Assembly: GCA_964036045.1 (NCBI GenBank)
Contig: OZ038378.1
Location: forward strand, 166,780,001-166,844,000
DNA from: Eutreptiella sp. 'Long Island Sound 2002'
Taxonomy: Eukaryota > Protista > Euglenida
Length of the DNA: 64,000 nt
Reading direction: 5' to 3'
The translations under genes were made by a program, and so were the position numbers. Within the stretch, counting starts at the first letter, position 1. Each line of letters starts with the position of its first letter. Positions 1 to 10,725 of this stretch are shown here, one piece after another. The notes under the pieces were generated by a model. That model saw nothing but the letters and a program-made list of their open reading frames with translations, did not search any database and was not told the origin of the DNA.

Positions 1-428
1 CACAACGCATTGGGCGATACACACAAACATGGCACTGCACCGTTCATCCATTTTTATTCAGAATCACTGTCATCGTCAGCATTCCTTTTTTCAGGCGGGG
101 CTGGGACCCCATTAGGGCAGACATCCCCCTGTTTGTGGACAGGGACATATGTGAGGCTGGACATGTCAAAAATTCATGTTGTGAAGCCTTGGTGGGGTGC
201 ATCTTTCGATCCCAAAACTGGGCAGCAAAGGCGGTGGCCTCAGCGGTCGTCAGAATGGCATGCTCCTTGTGGGAGCATGCGAGTGGCTGTGAGCGGGACG
301 TACGGGGTTTTTTTGCCCGGCTACCAGGCTCATGCCGAGTCACCTGCACCCACTCTGCACCCCCAGAGCGAGCCCTTTTGCGCGTCGACGGCTTTTGTGG
401 TGCATCCGGGGAAGCAACAGCCCATGGC

Positions 429-700
429 GTGAATTTGTATGAAGACATGGCAACTGCCTGTTGAAAAAAAGAGGCAGCACACAACACATGCACCGTCCGA
501 AACGGACAAAAATCTCAAACATGTCGTCAGTACAGCATGCAGACCCAGGGTGTTCCAAATAGCCCTTTTCACGGGCTTTCCGAATATACCCCACATACCC
601 CTACCTCCGGAACACTCAGTGGGCACAAATGAGGCAACAATGGCACCGACCCCCGAAAACCCAGAAAGTTCGCATAATCGGCAACATCCCTGAGAGATAT
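429..700 (+). repeat. Dispersed repeat, copy A (copy B at 46411-46689)
   Basis: Collinear ~270-bp match in the same orientation, e.g. gtgaatttgtatg...ggacaaaaatctcaaacat...cagtacagcatgcagacccagggtgttccaaata...cgaatataccccacatacccc...gagatat, present at both loci. Confidence 0.85.
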
Positions 701-1869
701 GCAACAACAGTAAAACAATGGATGACAACAAACAAGAACAACGAACGAGGTGAGGGTTAGGAGAGCCCCATGCTTGGGCTCGCAGCAACGTGCAAGGGCA
801 TTCTTCCGGCTGGTACGCTAGTAAGCCACATCACAAAAAGTGCAAACGATGGGAGATGACAAACAAAGCATACACGTCCTACACACCGCGACTGTAGTCT
901 GAGCAAAAAAGTACATCGCAACCTCCCCTCCTTCCCTAGTACAAAGAGGGCCGGCAACCCCCACCACATTCAACCGCACTAGGCTCGGAGGTGGGTGCTT
1001 ACTAGCCGCCTTGGTCCTTGCACCAGCTCAGCTCGGGCCCAACCTTGCTCTAGCTTGGCTTGGGACTGGCTGCTATCTAGCAGGGGGCCAGCTATGCGCC
1101 GGCTCGGCTCGCGGCCAGCTGAGGGTCACTCCGCTTTGGGTGGACCGCATGCCCTGCCATGCGTTGTAATCTTGGCCTCCAAGAGGCGCGTGATTGTGTT
1201 GTGCCGAAGATGCACCAATGCGGCAAGACATCAAAGTGGGAGGCTATGCAAAAAACACGCAGTGCCGTGGGGTTGGGTGCTTGGGGGGGAGTGGAGGTGC
1301 TCGGATGAGGCTTTTTCACCTGCTCCCCCATGTGCCACCCCCCCCCCCGGAAGAGAGGAGTTGCCCCCCCCCCCCCCCCCCCCCCATGCCTCCACTCGAG
1401 CACTTGTCTGTCCCTATGACCCATCGTGCCCCACACCGCCAGCGGGCGCATAGCATGTGCGCGCGCCTTTGCTTGTGCCTCCACCTACAAGTCGGCAGCA
1501 AACGTTGCCTTTTGCTATCTGCTGAGACAGTTTGCCGGGCTGAGGGCACTTTCCACATACCAAAATGCCATAGTGAGGTGCTGCAAGCACAGGCAATGCA
1601 CCACCCCGCGGACAATCTTGTTTTGCACGGGCAGCGTGCTCGATGCTTGGCCCCAAAGTAGGTGGCATGTGGCCGCAATGTTAGTTTAGCCTAGGCCAAG
1701 GTGTGTGTGCAACGGTACCCCGCCTCACCCCCGGAGCCACACACGGCCCATGAGGGCTTAGGCGACGCCAATTCCCACCATGGCAAAGCACCCCCAAGTT
1801 GACCCAACACAACAAAATTTTTTTGAAAAAAGTGTCCCAAATTCAAAAACCTCTTTTTTTCTAACGACG

Positions 1870-4400
1870 GTATAATTGTGGGAGGTTTTCGGGGTAGGAT
1901 GCGGCAAGTGTGCTGCAGTCGTTAATGAGCATCTGGCTGCGGCGGCATGCTGTGTTGTCCATAAGTTCCTGGGTGATGAAACACCGCACTCACACTCCTA
2001 CGGATGTGGTGGGCGGAGAGTATGCGTTGGACCTTGGATAGGCCGGGAGACCATGAGGGTGTGGCGGCAGAGTTGATCACCTGCTCCTTGCACAACCCCT
2101 AGGCACTAATGAACCTCCTAGCAACTCATCCGCGCCAAATTTGCCCAATGGAGAGGCTATCACTTTGGAGCTTGCAGCCCGTTCCTCATCAACGCTAAGA
2201 GTGCCATGGTGCCAAAGACACTGTGGGCTGAGTGGGTTGACCCCCACTTCGTTCCGGTTGGCACAACGGCGCTAGTACAAGCGCCCTCGACCTGTCCCAA
2301 GGCCGTGGCTCTAATGCGCACATTAAAGAGACAACAATTGGTCAAGCGCAGGGACAAGCCAGCCGACACCCGGGCGTTCGTGAAGTACAGGTCCACAAAC
2401 AAGTGCGCCATGAGCATCGACATGCGGAAGGTCCAAGGGAGATTGCACCAAGCCCAACCTTTTAAACTGCCCAACCTAGAAAAGCTAGGTCCGTCTTGAG
2501 GGGCATGCTGGCTGGGGCATGGGCAGCCACCATTGGCTTGGCCAAGTGCCAGGCGTTGTCAAAAGACATCAAAGTGGCAATAACAAACGGATCCCTTGTG
2601 CTCATCCGTGTCCCATTTGGCTTGCATTAGGCCCCTGCCGTAGTCTAGCACCACACTGTCCCGTTCCTCCGTGACAATTCGGACGGGCCGCAGGTGGTGA
2701 TCGTGCACTGCCTGCAATGGAGTGCCAATGTACTCATAGTGGGCACGGACTAGGACACCGTGCAACACACCAGTGCGCATGGAGCCCAGCAACTACACTT
2801 GCCAACTCTTTCCGAAATCCCTGCACCAAGCACTGCACAAAACAAACGCAAACTCAAAGATGTTGTGTGCCACCAGCCGTTCCAGCCGATTGTCAGCTAG
2901 GAGTCCCATCATTAGGCGGTTGACACCCAAAGGGGCCATCCAAAACGCGCTGCTACATTGAGTTGAGGAGTGCCCTGCACAACACCATTGACTGGTCCTG
3001 CCCCCTTGTCTTCCTTGTGCGAGGCAATGCATACCCTTGCGCAAAAGGTAGTTGCTAACCCGCATACCATTGGGTGATCGGGTGATTGGGATGGCGGTGT
3101 GCTTCAACAAGGACTTGGTGCGGCTGGGTGCTATTTGGCATTTGCCATTTGACACCCTGTAGGCACGTTGCCGGTGACTTGTTGTTTCCCCGCGGCGTGG
3201 TGCGGTCGTCAAATAAATAAGTTCAAAAAACTTCAAATCTATGGCAGTTATGTTTTTTGAATGCCTAAAACTGTTTTTTGAACTTCCAAATTTTGAATGC
3301 TTACCTGAAAATCTTATTTGGGGGGTGCAAGTTGCATTGGTTGCCACTCGCGTGCACAAATTGACGGCGGGAACGGCCGCCCGGTCAGCCTTGCCGGGTG
3401 AAGAACTCATGCGGAACCCCCACTTGGGGGCCTTTGGGCCCACCGTAAGTTCTACGGCCTCAAGCGGGGCGATCAAGAACTCCGCATACTAGTGTACCAC
3501 AACATCCTCCGCCACTTTGTGGCCACCTTGGAGTGTGGCCTCCCCCCGTCTGGCCTTGCACTATGGTGATGACACTGACCATTGGGCCGATCAGTGCCCA
3601 ATACAGGGCTCGGAGCTCATTTTGCCGGACACAAATGGGAAAACTAAAGGTGGGAGGTTGCACAAGGAAGGGCATGTAGGGGGCGACAACGCTGTGTGGG
3701 CCACCAACAATCCCTTCCTAGGGTAGAGCTAACCTAGCACAAAGTGCCACATGTGATGCACGACAAGGGCCGTGCTGCCAAAATGTGCCAAAAAAAATTG
3801 TTCAACTTATCACGCACAGGGCACTTTCTTTCGCATCCGCTGGGGCAGGCGCACTTGGACTGCACATGAACATGTGCGCAACTAACCCCAGCTGTGCACA
3901 GTGGGCCGTACGAGCACCTGCACATCTGTCTGCTCGGGCATCACTAGCTGGTCCACAAGCGGCGAGCGGACCCTTGAGGCTCGCCATCGGAATCGCTATT
4001 GGCGTCCTCATGGCCAGAGATCTCCATGAGGACAAAGGCCGAATCACGAGGTTTTTCCGGCTACTCTAGCCCCTCAAGCTGGGTCCATGAGGACAATGGG
4101 GCAGATTCAATCCGGGGTGTGTCCCCAAGGCTCCCGCTGGCTAGAGCCGAGACACACTGCCATGGGTCTCGTGGCGCCGTTTCGGTGCCTTGGCTTTGGC
4201 CATAGTGCCGGGGCGGGCAATGCATCCCACTTGGGCTAGGGGTGGCATTGTCCCATGTGTAGGCGGGTGAAAACCACCAGCCCCAAACACATTTGGCAGG
4301 CCTCCTAGTTTTCAAACCTAGGGGCTGGGGCTGGTAGTGGCGAGCCTGGGCTTTGCTCAAAGGCGTACACCAGGCTCTCAATTGCATTAGGCATGAGTAT
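1870..4400 (+). pseudogene. Decayed DIRS/VIPER/TATE-type (YR-retrotransposon) pol relic; RT best preserved at ~2200-2760
   Basis: ORF 2206-2499 has RAFVKYRSTNKCAMSIDMRKV...PFKLPNLEKL (RT N-terminal F-x-K...R-x-I-x-D-x-R pattern). Another frame gives WAATIGL (TIDL-like), RVPFGLH*AP (PFG motif of LTR/DIRS RTs) and NVLIVG, with several stops. Faint HS-x-R-x-GG-like YR remnant near 1990 and faint RNase H-like remnant near 3900-4270. Confidence 0.55.
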
Positions 4401-5399
4401 AGCCCCATGGATAATTAAATTAAATAAATTGAATTAAACTAAGTTAAATGAGTACCTCAAGGCGGCCTCAAAAAAACAAACTCTAGCTAAGGAACACACG
4501 CGGTGGGTTAGGTGCAATCACCATAGCAGTACGTATACCCCCCCACCCCACCCTTGTCCTTCTTGTGGCAAAACTAAGGCTATTGCGAACCTTAGGTTAG
4601 AGAGGCCTGTTTATTGTAGATTGTGGAGGAAACAAGCAAGATACAATGCACATTGATCTTTTGACGTGGACACAGAGGACGTCAGACAAACCATGAAGTA
4701 GGTCATGGTGGCGGAGATCCTAGAATCCATTTGCCCAACTATGCTTGCAACAATAATGGGAAGGCAAAACATTGAGGCGACAATTCAAACGGTAAATGGC
4801 AACTCCATGTTGTTTGCTCAAGCATTAATTTTTCGCCCAATTCGTTAACGAACACACCACTTGGCTTTGGGAACAGAGGGTGTAGGATGGGCTGGCAACA
4901 TAACACTGTGTGGAAAGAGCCGGCAAAGACAAACCGGGGCACAAAGCGTAGCCCAAGCTGCTAAAAAGCCAACAAAAAAATGCACGTACGGCACGAAGTC
5001 GCCCGTCCGTACAAGTATGGGCCGGAGGTGGGTGGGGGGGGGGGGGGGGCTACCCCAGCATTTCTTTGCCAAGAAATGATATCACATAGTGTTTCCTGTA
5101 TAGTGTTCCATCTAGTGGTACTTGGTACATGCCATGGGGAAGGGGGGATTGCGGTATGCCCAATAAGAAGAAAAGGCTTTCTTGTGCTCTTGTTGTAGTA
5201 GGAGGTGCAAAACAAGAACGTGTGGCAATCAAGGTCTGGGCACCACTCTCAAAATGGGGAGAACCAACTACCATAACAAGGCATCGGTTTGTGTAGCATA
5301 GGATGGTTAGTCATTGATGCGTTGCAAGGAGAAGATGTGTGCCACTATGGGGAGGTGGGGAGGCTAAAAAAAATTGTCCACACATAATATTCCACGTGC

Positions 5400-6300
5400 G
5401 GAATACCACACCCCCTTGCGCAAAAAAGTGCATGACTGGAGACGTAGCTTGAACCAATTGGATTTAGCTCCCGGCAGCAACAAGCAAGAATGCTCTCCAA
5501 CATGACAAACGCCCGGATGCATGGAAGCAAGTGCTTGCAAAGTTTGAAGTGGGACCTCATGCTGTCAACGAGGGCACCCACAGTACCGTGTCCCACACGC
5601 AACCACCTGCAGCGTTGATGGGGTTATCCAGCAGATTCAAAGATGTGATTGAACTGATTGACCCATATCCAGTAGACCCAGCCCCCAATGCCTTTGCCAG
5701 CTCACAAGCGCCTGCAAACCACAAAGGGCCGAATTCAAGCACCGCAGTGAGTGGGTTGGTTCTCTCCCCTCCCCTTTGCACACAACAGCGATCAATACAT
5801 CGATGGGGCACGAGCTCTTTCATCTTGTTGTTTCTCCTCTCTTCTCACTGCACCATTCCTAACTCATGATTCTTCTCCGCCAGTTTGTCTTAGTGCAAAC
5901 CAGTGGCTAGCCACTTAATGTGGCACCAGAGGCACTGGACGTACTCAGGGGTGCCATGCGGGACCATCTAAGTGAGCGCAAATAAAAGGCGTTTGCAATT
6001 GGGACCACACAGCACATACCTAAATCTCCGCAATGATTGTTTGCTAGAGATAATGTCTGCAGTGTTTGGTTTTTTTGGAGAGCCTACAGACATGATGATG
6101 CAATATGGGGAAGCCGAAGCTTGACTTGAGGGCAATGGACGGAAATGAACAAATGAGGACTTCCGAGCTGGCTCCCCCCAGCCCGTCCTTGTTTCCTCTT
6201 ACCACTACTACCACATCTTGGGCAATTCCCAATCGGCATTGTTAGCTGGCCGTACTATACTTGTTGAAATTAACAGGTAGGTGTACAGGTTGCGAGTTGG
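5400..6300 (+). pseudogene. Heavily decayed non-LTR retrotransposon RT relic (CRE/R2-like motifs)
   Basis: Motif remnants in the expected order across frames: EPIG (RPI-like, ~5450), FEVG..NEG..VSH (QxGVG..GxE..H-like), VDPAPNAFASS (DxxNAFNS-like, ~5670), QGC (~5946), AYRHDDAI (AYxDD, ~6083), YHILG (~6210). Confidence 0.4.
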
Positions 6301-6796
6301 GGTTCGCGTGCTGCTTTGCACCTCCAAGGTGCACATCGGAACTGGTCACGTGTGGTGGTTGACATTTGTACCAATGATGTCTTTGGCTGCAGTCAAACAT
6401 GTGCATTCACGAAGACCCGCATTGTTGGCCGTTGCTCCGGGTGAACTCCATCCGCTTTCACTTTGGCGGTTGGCACTTTACTTGGGACACACTCGCTGCA
6501 AAGAAAAAGTGCAATAAAACCCAAAATGGAATCTCTCATCAACAACAATTTGTTCCAACTAGTACATAGCAAGCGATAAGCTCATTGGAATGAGACCCAC
6601 AAATTGGGGAATGCAACTCAATTTGCAATAGAGAGGGTCCCAACCCTTCATGCCCTACTAGAACTTGGAGGGAGGGTCATCCAAGTGCCACTCATCCTAG
6701 TACACGAACCATTGCGCGGCGGCCCCATGACACCACACAGCCCAAGCCCCCCCCATCCCCCCTCCCATGGCTCGGTGAGCTCCGTGGTATCTCAAG

Positions 6797-6905
6797 GGCA
6801 AAAAGCGTGTTAACACGGCCGCTTAACATACGGGTGAAAAGCACTCCCCCTCCCCCCTTTGTTGTGTTAACACAGCCTCAAAACGGAGGCAAAAAGTACC
6901 ACCCC
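6797..6905 (+). repeat. GTGTTAACAC-unit repeat module (inverse of 23065-23188 and 19785-19880)
   Basis: gggcaaaaagcgtgttaacacggccg...gttgtgttaacacagcc is the reverse complement of ggctgtgttaacacaac...cggccgtgttaacacgctttttgccc at 23101-23187. Confidence 0.8.
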
Positions 6906-6942
6906 CGTTTGTCCCCCTTGTGGCAAAACAAGAAGATGGGTG

Positions 6943-7290
6943 GTGTTGTGTTGTGTTGTGTTGTGTTGTGTTGTGTTGTGTTGTGTTGTGTTGTGTTGTG
7001 TCGTGTTGTGTTGTGTTGTGTTGTGTTGTGTTGTGTTGTGTTGTGTTGTGTTGTGTCGTTTTGTGTTGTGTTGTGTTGTGTTGTGCAGTGTAGCGTTGTG
7101 CTGTCAACACAAGACAACTTAACTTAACACCACAAAACGCAATACGACACAAAAGTAAACACAACACAAAACACAACACAACATAGCTCAACACAACACA
7201 AACAAGTAAACACAACACAAACACAACAAAATGCAACACAACAAAATGCTACACAACGCAACGCAACACGACACGACACAACACAACACA
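6943..7290. repeat. (TTGTG)n pentanucleotide microsatellite followed by a degenerate inverted (CAACA)n tract
   Basis: Near-perfect (ttgtg)n at 6943-7085, then degenerate (caaca)n at ~7100-7290. Confidence 0.95.
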
Positions 7291-7565
7291 TTCATTCATT
7301 CATTCATTTTGTGGCAGCTTAGGCCTTGCTTTGCACAATGCTCACATGCGTCGAAAGCATCGACCAAGCCTTGATAGCGAAGCAAAGACACAAAGCAAGC
7401 GTTCTCAAATGGCCACACCGAGTTAACGAGGAGACCAAAGGCACAAACAAACAATTATCTTCGTGGATTCCATCTTGTAATTTCAAGATTTGCATTGACA
7501 TCTAATGCCATCGCCGATGTCTAGCACTCCACGACGCAAACAGATCACCGAGAAAGGGCACATAC

Positions 7566-7684
7566 ATGTGCAAGAACTATAATGGAATCATTGTGAATAT
7601 TGTTGTCGCTCAAATTCAAATTGACTAGAGTGGTGTTTTGTGTCAAACATCTGTTGATCGCTTGTATTCCTGCTTCTCCCAAAC
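7566..7684 (-). CDS. Exon of an RNI-like leucine-rich-repeat gene (possibly a pseudogene)
   Basis: tttgcag|GT TTG GGA...GCA CAT|gtatgt; encodes LGEAGIQAINRCLTQNTTLVNLNLSDNNIHNDSIIVLAH (LxxLxLxxNxI). Joins in phase with the exon ending at 8674. Confidence 0.65.
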
Positions 7685-8673
7685 CTGCAAATGAAGCACA
7701 CAAACCCACGACGTGGCTCAACAAACTATGACACATGTGCGAGCACGATGACGACCAATTTGCTCCACTACCTCGCATGGTGCATGCAAAAATCGCTTTT
7801 TAGGGATTGTGATTGGTTGGGAAGCAAATTCTCACGGTACGAGTTTGGGGACGAGGCGCTCCGCAGATCGCGGATTGCGGACCCACCCCCCACCGGCCGT
7901 GTGGCATTGGATCGTGGAACAACCCTTGACCCCCTACCCCCCCTCCCCCAAAGCCCCCTTGGTACCTAAGGCGAAAATTTGAAGCCCACCAAAACCACCC
8001 AAAAGTAGCACAAGCTCCCATAACATGGTCCGATGTGATGTACCATGTTAGATATTATTAGTATGCACGATGCATTCTTGTTAAAAAACAAGTCCTTCCA
8101 TACTCGTGCACGGGAAAGAAGCCCGTTTTAGATAAGTACACTGTATAGCAGGCGGTCTGCCGATCCAAAGCCCGCCTGAAGTGATATGTAAATGGTCCAA
8201 TGGTCCGCGGATCACCGCCACCGAACCCCCCGCTCCTCCCCCCGACCGCCTAACCTTTCGGATCAATCCGATCCAAATCATCAAGGGCAAAACAATACTT
8301 CACACTCCTTGCCTAACTCATGGTGGTTTCGAAGATGTCACCTCTTTTGCAACAAACAACATTGGGGTACGTTGAAACGCCGAGAAAAGACATCGGTAGC
8401 AACAATTGAACAATGGATTGAATATTTGCATAGCGCAACAGCGTGTCCACGAAGGGTCGACGCAATGCATCTAGTTCGCAATGCATCAACGCACGGCACA
8501 AAACCAAATCAAGAAGAAGCCGAAAAACACAAGGAAAAGAAAAAAAAGCTTCAAAAACCAATGCACATAAAATGGTTTTTTGGTCGTTGGCAACACAAGA
8601 AGACGCAAGAAGATCAACAAAGTTAGTATGATGACCCTCCTCGGGGTTCGCGTAAGCATGAGATGGGGCACAC

Positions 8674-8932
8674 CATTGTGCGATAAGTCACACATGGTGA
8701 CCGTTTCGTTGGATTGTAATTCATTCACGATGTCGAGCAATTGTTGCAAACCAAGTTGAGATCGGGACAAGTCCAAACTCGCTTTGCTAAGCGCCGCGCA
8801 GTGCCTTGATGAGGTGTTCGAGAGACGAGGAAGTTGAGCTTGCCATAAGTTTGCCTTGTGGGAGTCTTGTGAGGGAGACCTTTTCGGGTTGACGGAACCG
8901 TCACCAATATCCATTGATAAGCCGCGTTGCAT
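8674..8932 (-). CDS. Upstream exon of the same RNI-like LRR gene (5' limit uncertain)
   Basis: ALSKASLDLSRSQLGLQQLLDIVNELQSNETVTMCDLSHNG|gtgtgc; the phase-1 donor matches the acceptor at 7684 (989-nt GT-AG intron). Confidence 0.55.
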
Positions 8933-9499
8933 GGTATGGTGTTGTTGTCGTTGCTAGAATTTCGACATTTGCTGCCTCAAAACAAACCATCAGATTTGAG
9001 CGAAAGGTGGACAAATCGAAGGTCCCACGCCTCTTTTAAAACGATACACTACTTCAAGCAACTTCGAAGCACAAGGAGCAGATCCAAATCTTCCAATCGG
9101 CAAAAGCGCTGGTCCACAGTCAAATGGGTTGGGAGCAGGACTATGATTGCCCTGCACTGAATGAAGCTGTGTCAACATGTACTGCAAGTGCAACAGGCCC
9201 GTGGCGTGAGAACATTTACAGGCTGCGCGCGCTTGAAACTCTCGCGAAAACTGGTGTGCCGCCCGGTGACGGTATGCAGACTGCGGCCCTAGCAGACTGC
9301 GAAAGACTGCGCGCGAACATGCGACACGCGCATTTACGACAACCGAAAAAACGACTGCAACTGATCTACTGCAACTGATCTTCTGCTAAAAGGCGACAAG
9401 GATGTTTTGAACCGTTCTGCAGCCCAAATTTATAAAATTATTTTACTCTACTGCAACAGATTATTTTATCGCCAGATAAGGGAACGATACCTTACTGGT

Positions 9500-10421
9500 A
9501 AATCCACTCCCTCCTACTCATTTTCAACTCCCTCCTACTCATTTTCAACTCCCTCCAAGTCAAAATCCACTCCCTCCTACTCATTTTCAACTCCCCCCTG
9601 CTCATTTTCAACTCCCTCCAAGTGAAAATCCACTCCCTCCTACTCATTTTCAACTCCCCCCTGCTCATTTTCAACTCCCTCCAAGTGAAAATCCACTCCC
9701 TCCTACTCATTTTCAACTCCCTCCTACTCAGTTTCAACTCCCTCCAAGTGAAAATCCACTCCCTCCTACTCATTTTCAACTCCCTCCTACTCATTTTCAA
9801 CTCCCCCCTGCTCATTTTCAACTCCCTCCAAGTGAAAATCCACTCCCTCCTACTCATTTTCAACTCCCTCCTACTCATTTTCAACTCCCTCCAAGTGAAA
9901 ATCCACTCCCTCCTACTCATTTTCAACTCCCTCCTACTCATTTTCAACTCCCCCCTGCTCATTTTCAACTCCCTCCAAGTGAAAATCCACTCCCTCCTAC
10001 TCATTTTCAACTCCCTCCTACTCATTTTCAACTCCCCCCTGCTCATTTCCAACCCCCTCCAAGTGAAAATCCACTCCCTCCTACTCATTTTCAACTCCCT
10101 CCTACTCATTTTCAACTCCCCCCTGCTCATTTCCAACCCCCTCCAAGTGAAAATCCACTCCCTCCTACTCATTTTCAACTCCCTCCTACTCATTTTCAAC
10201 TCCCCCCTGCTCATTTTCAACCCCCTCCAAGTGAAAATCCACTCCCTCCTACTCATTTTCAACTCCCTCCTACTCATTTTCAACTCCCTCCAAGTGAAAA
10301 TCCACTCCCTCCTACTCATTTTCATCTCCCTGCTGCTCATTTTCAACTCCCCCCTGCTCATTTTCAACTCCCTCCAAGTGAAAATCCACTCCCTCCTACT
10401 CATTTTCAACTCCCTCCTACT
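9500..10421 (+). repeat. 21-bp-unit subterminal minisatellite, left arm of the MULE (~44 units, 3 main variants)
   Basis: Units ctcctactcattttcaactcc, ctccaagtgaaaatccactcc and cccctgctcattttcaactcc. Reverse-complement units occur at ~13217-13270, 13375-13545 and 13895-13970. Confidence 0.95.
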
Positions 10422-10725
10422 CACACACAAGTGTCCCCCCACCGATCCAACCATCGACTTGCACACTATTGTTGTCACTGGAAATTCCGTCCCTCACCTG
10501 CCCTTGCACACTTGGCACGAAGAAAGCATTGTTCCATCTTTTTTTGTGCAATGTGCAAAAGAATGTGTAAAACAATGTGCAAGAGATGTGCTTCCCGATG
10601 ATGAAAGTAGTATACATTGTGGAGCCGTAGCTCAAAACTGGGGGCCATGGAGGCATAACCCAACCTTACACAGGCGAACCGTGAAGGCATGGAACATAAA
10701 CTCAGACTTGAAATTTGAAATGTCC

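Noticed and set aside
6807-7239. VLCC/HNTTQ-repeat ORFs (also 21850-22390 and 22635-23172)
   Set aside because: Pentanucleotide microsatellite translations.
9500-10421. CRISPR-like appearance of the regular repeat array
   Set aside because: No unique spacers, no cas genes, eukaryotic context; it is a tandem array inside a transposon arm. The same applies to the 41-bp array at 41879-42200.
9492-10478. Long ORFs 9492-10478 (-) and 9622-10950 (+) with SRRELKM/LLIFNSL repeats
   Set aside because: Translations of the 21-bp minisatellite, which is a multiple of 3 and stop-free; no independent coding evidence.
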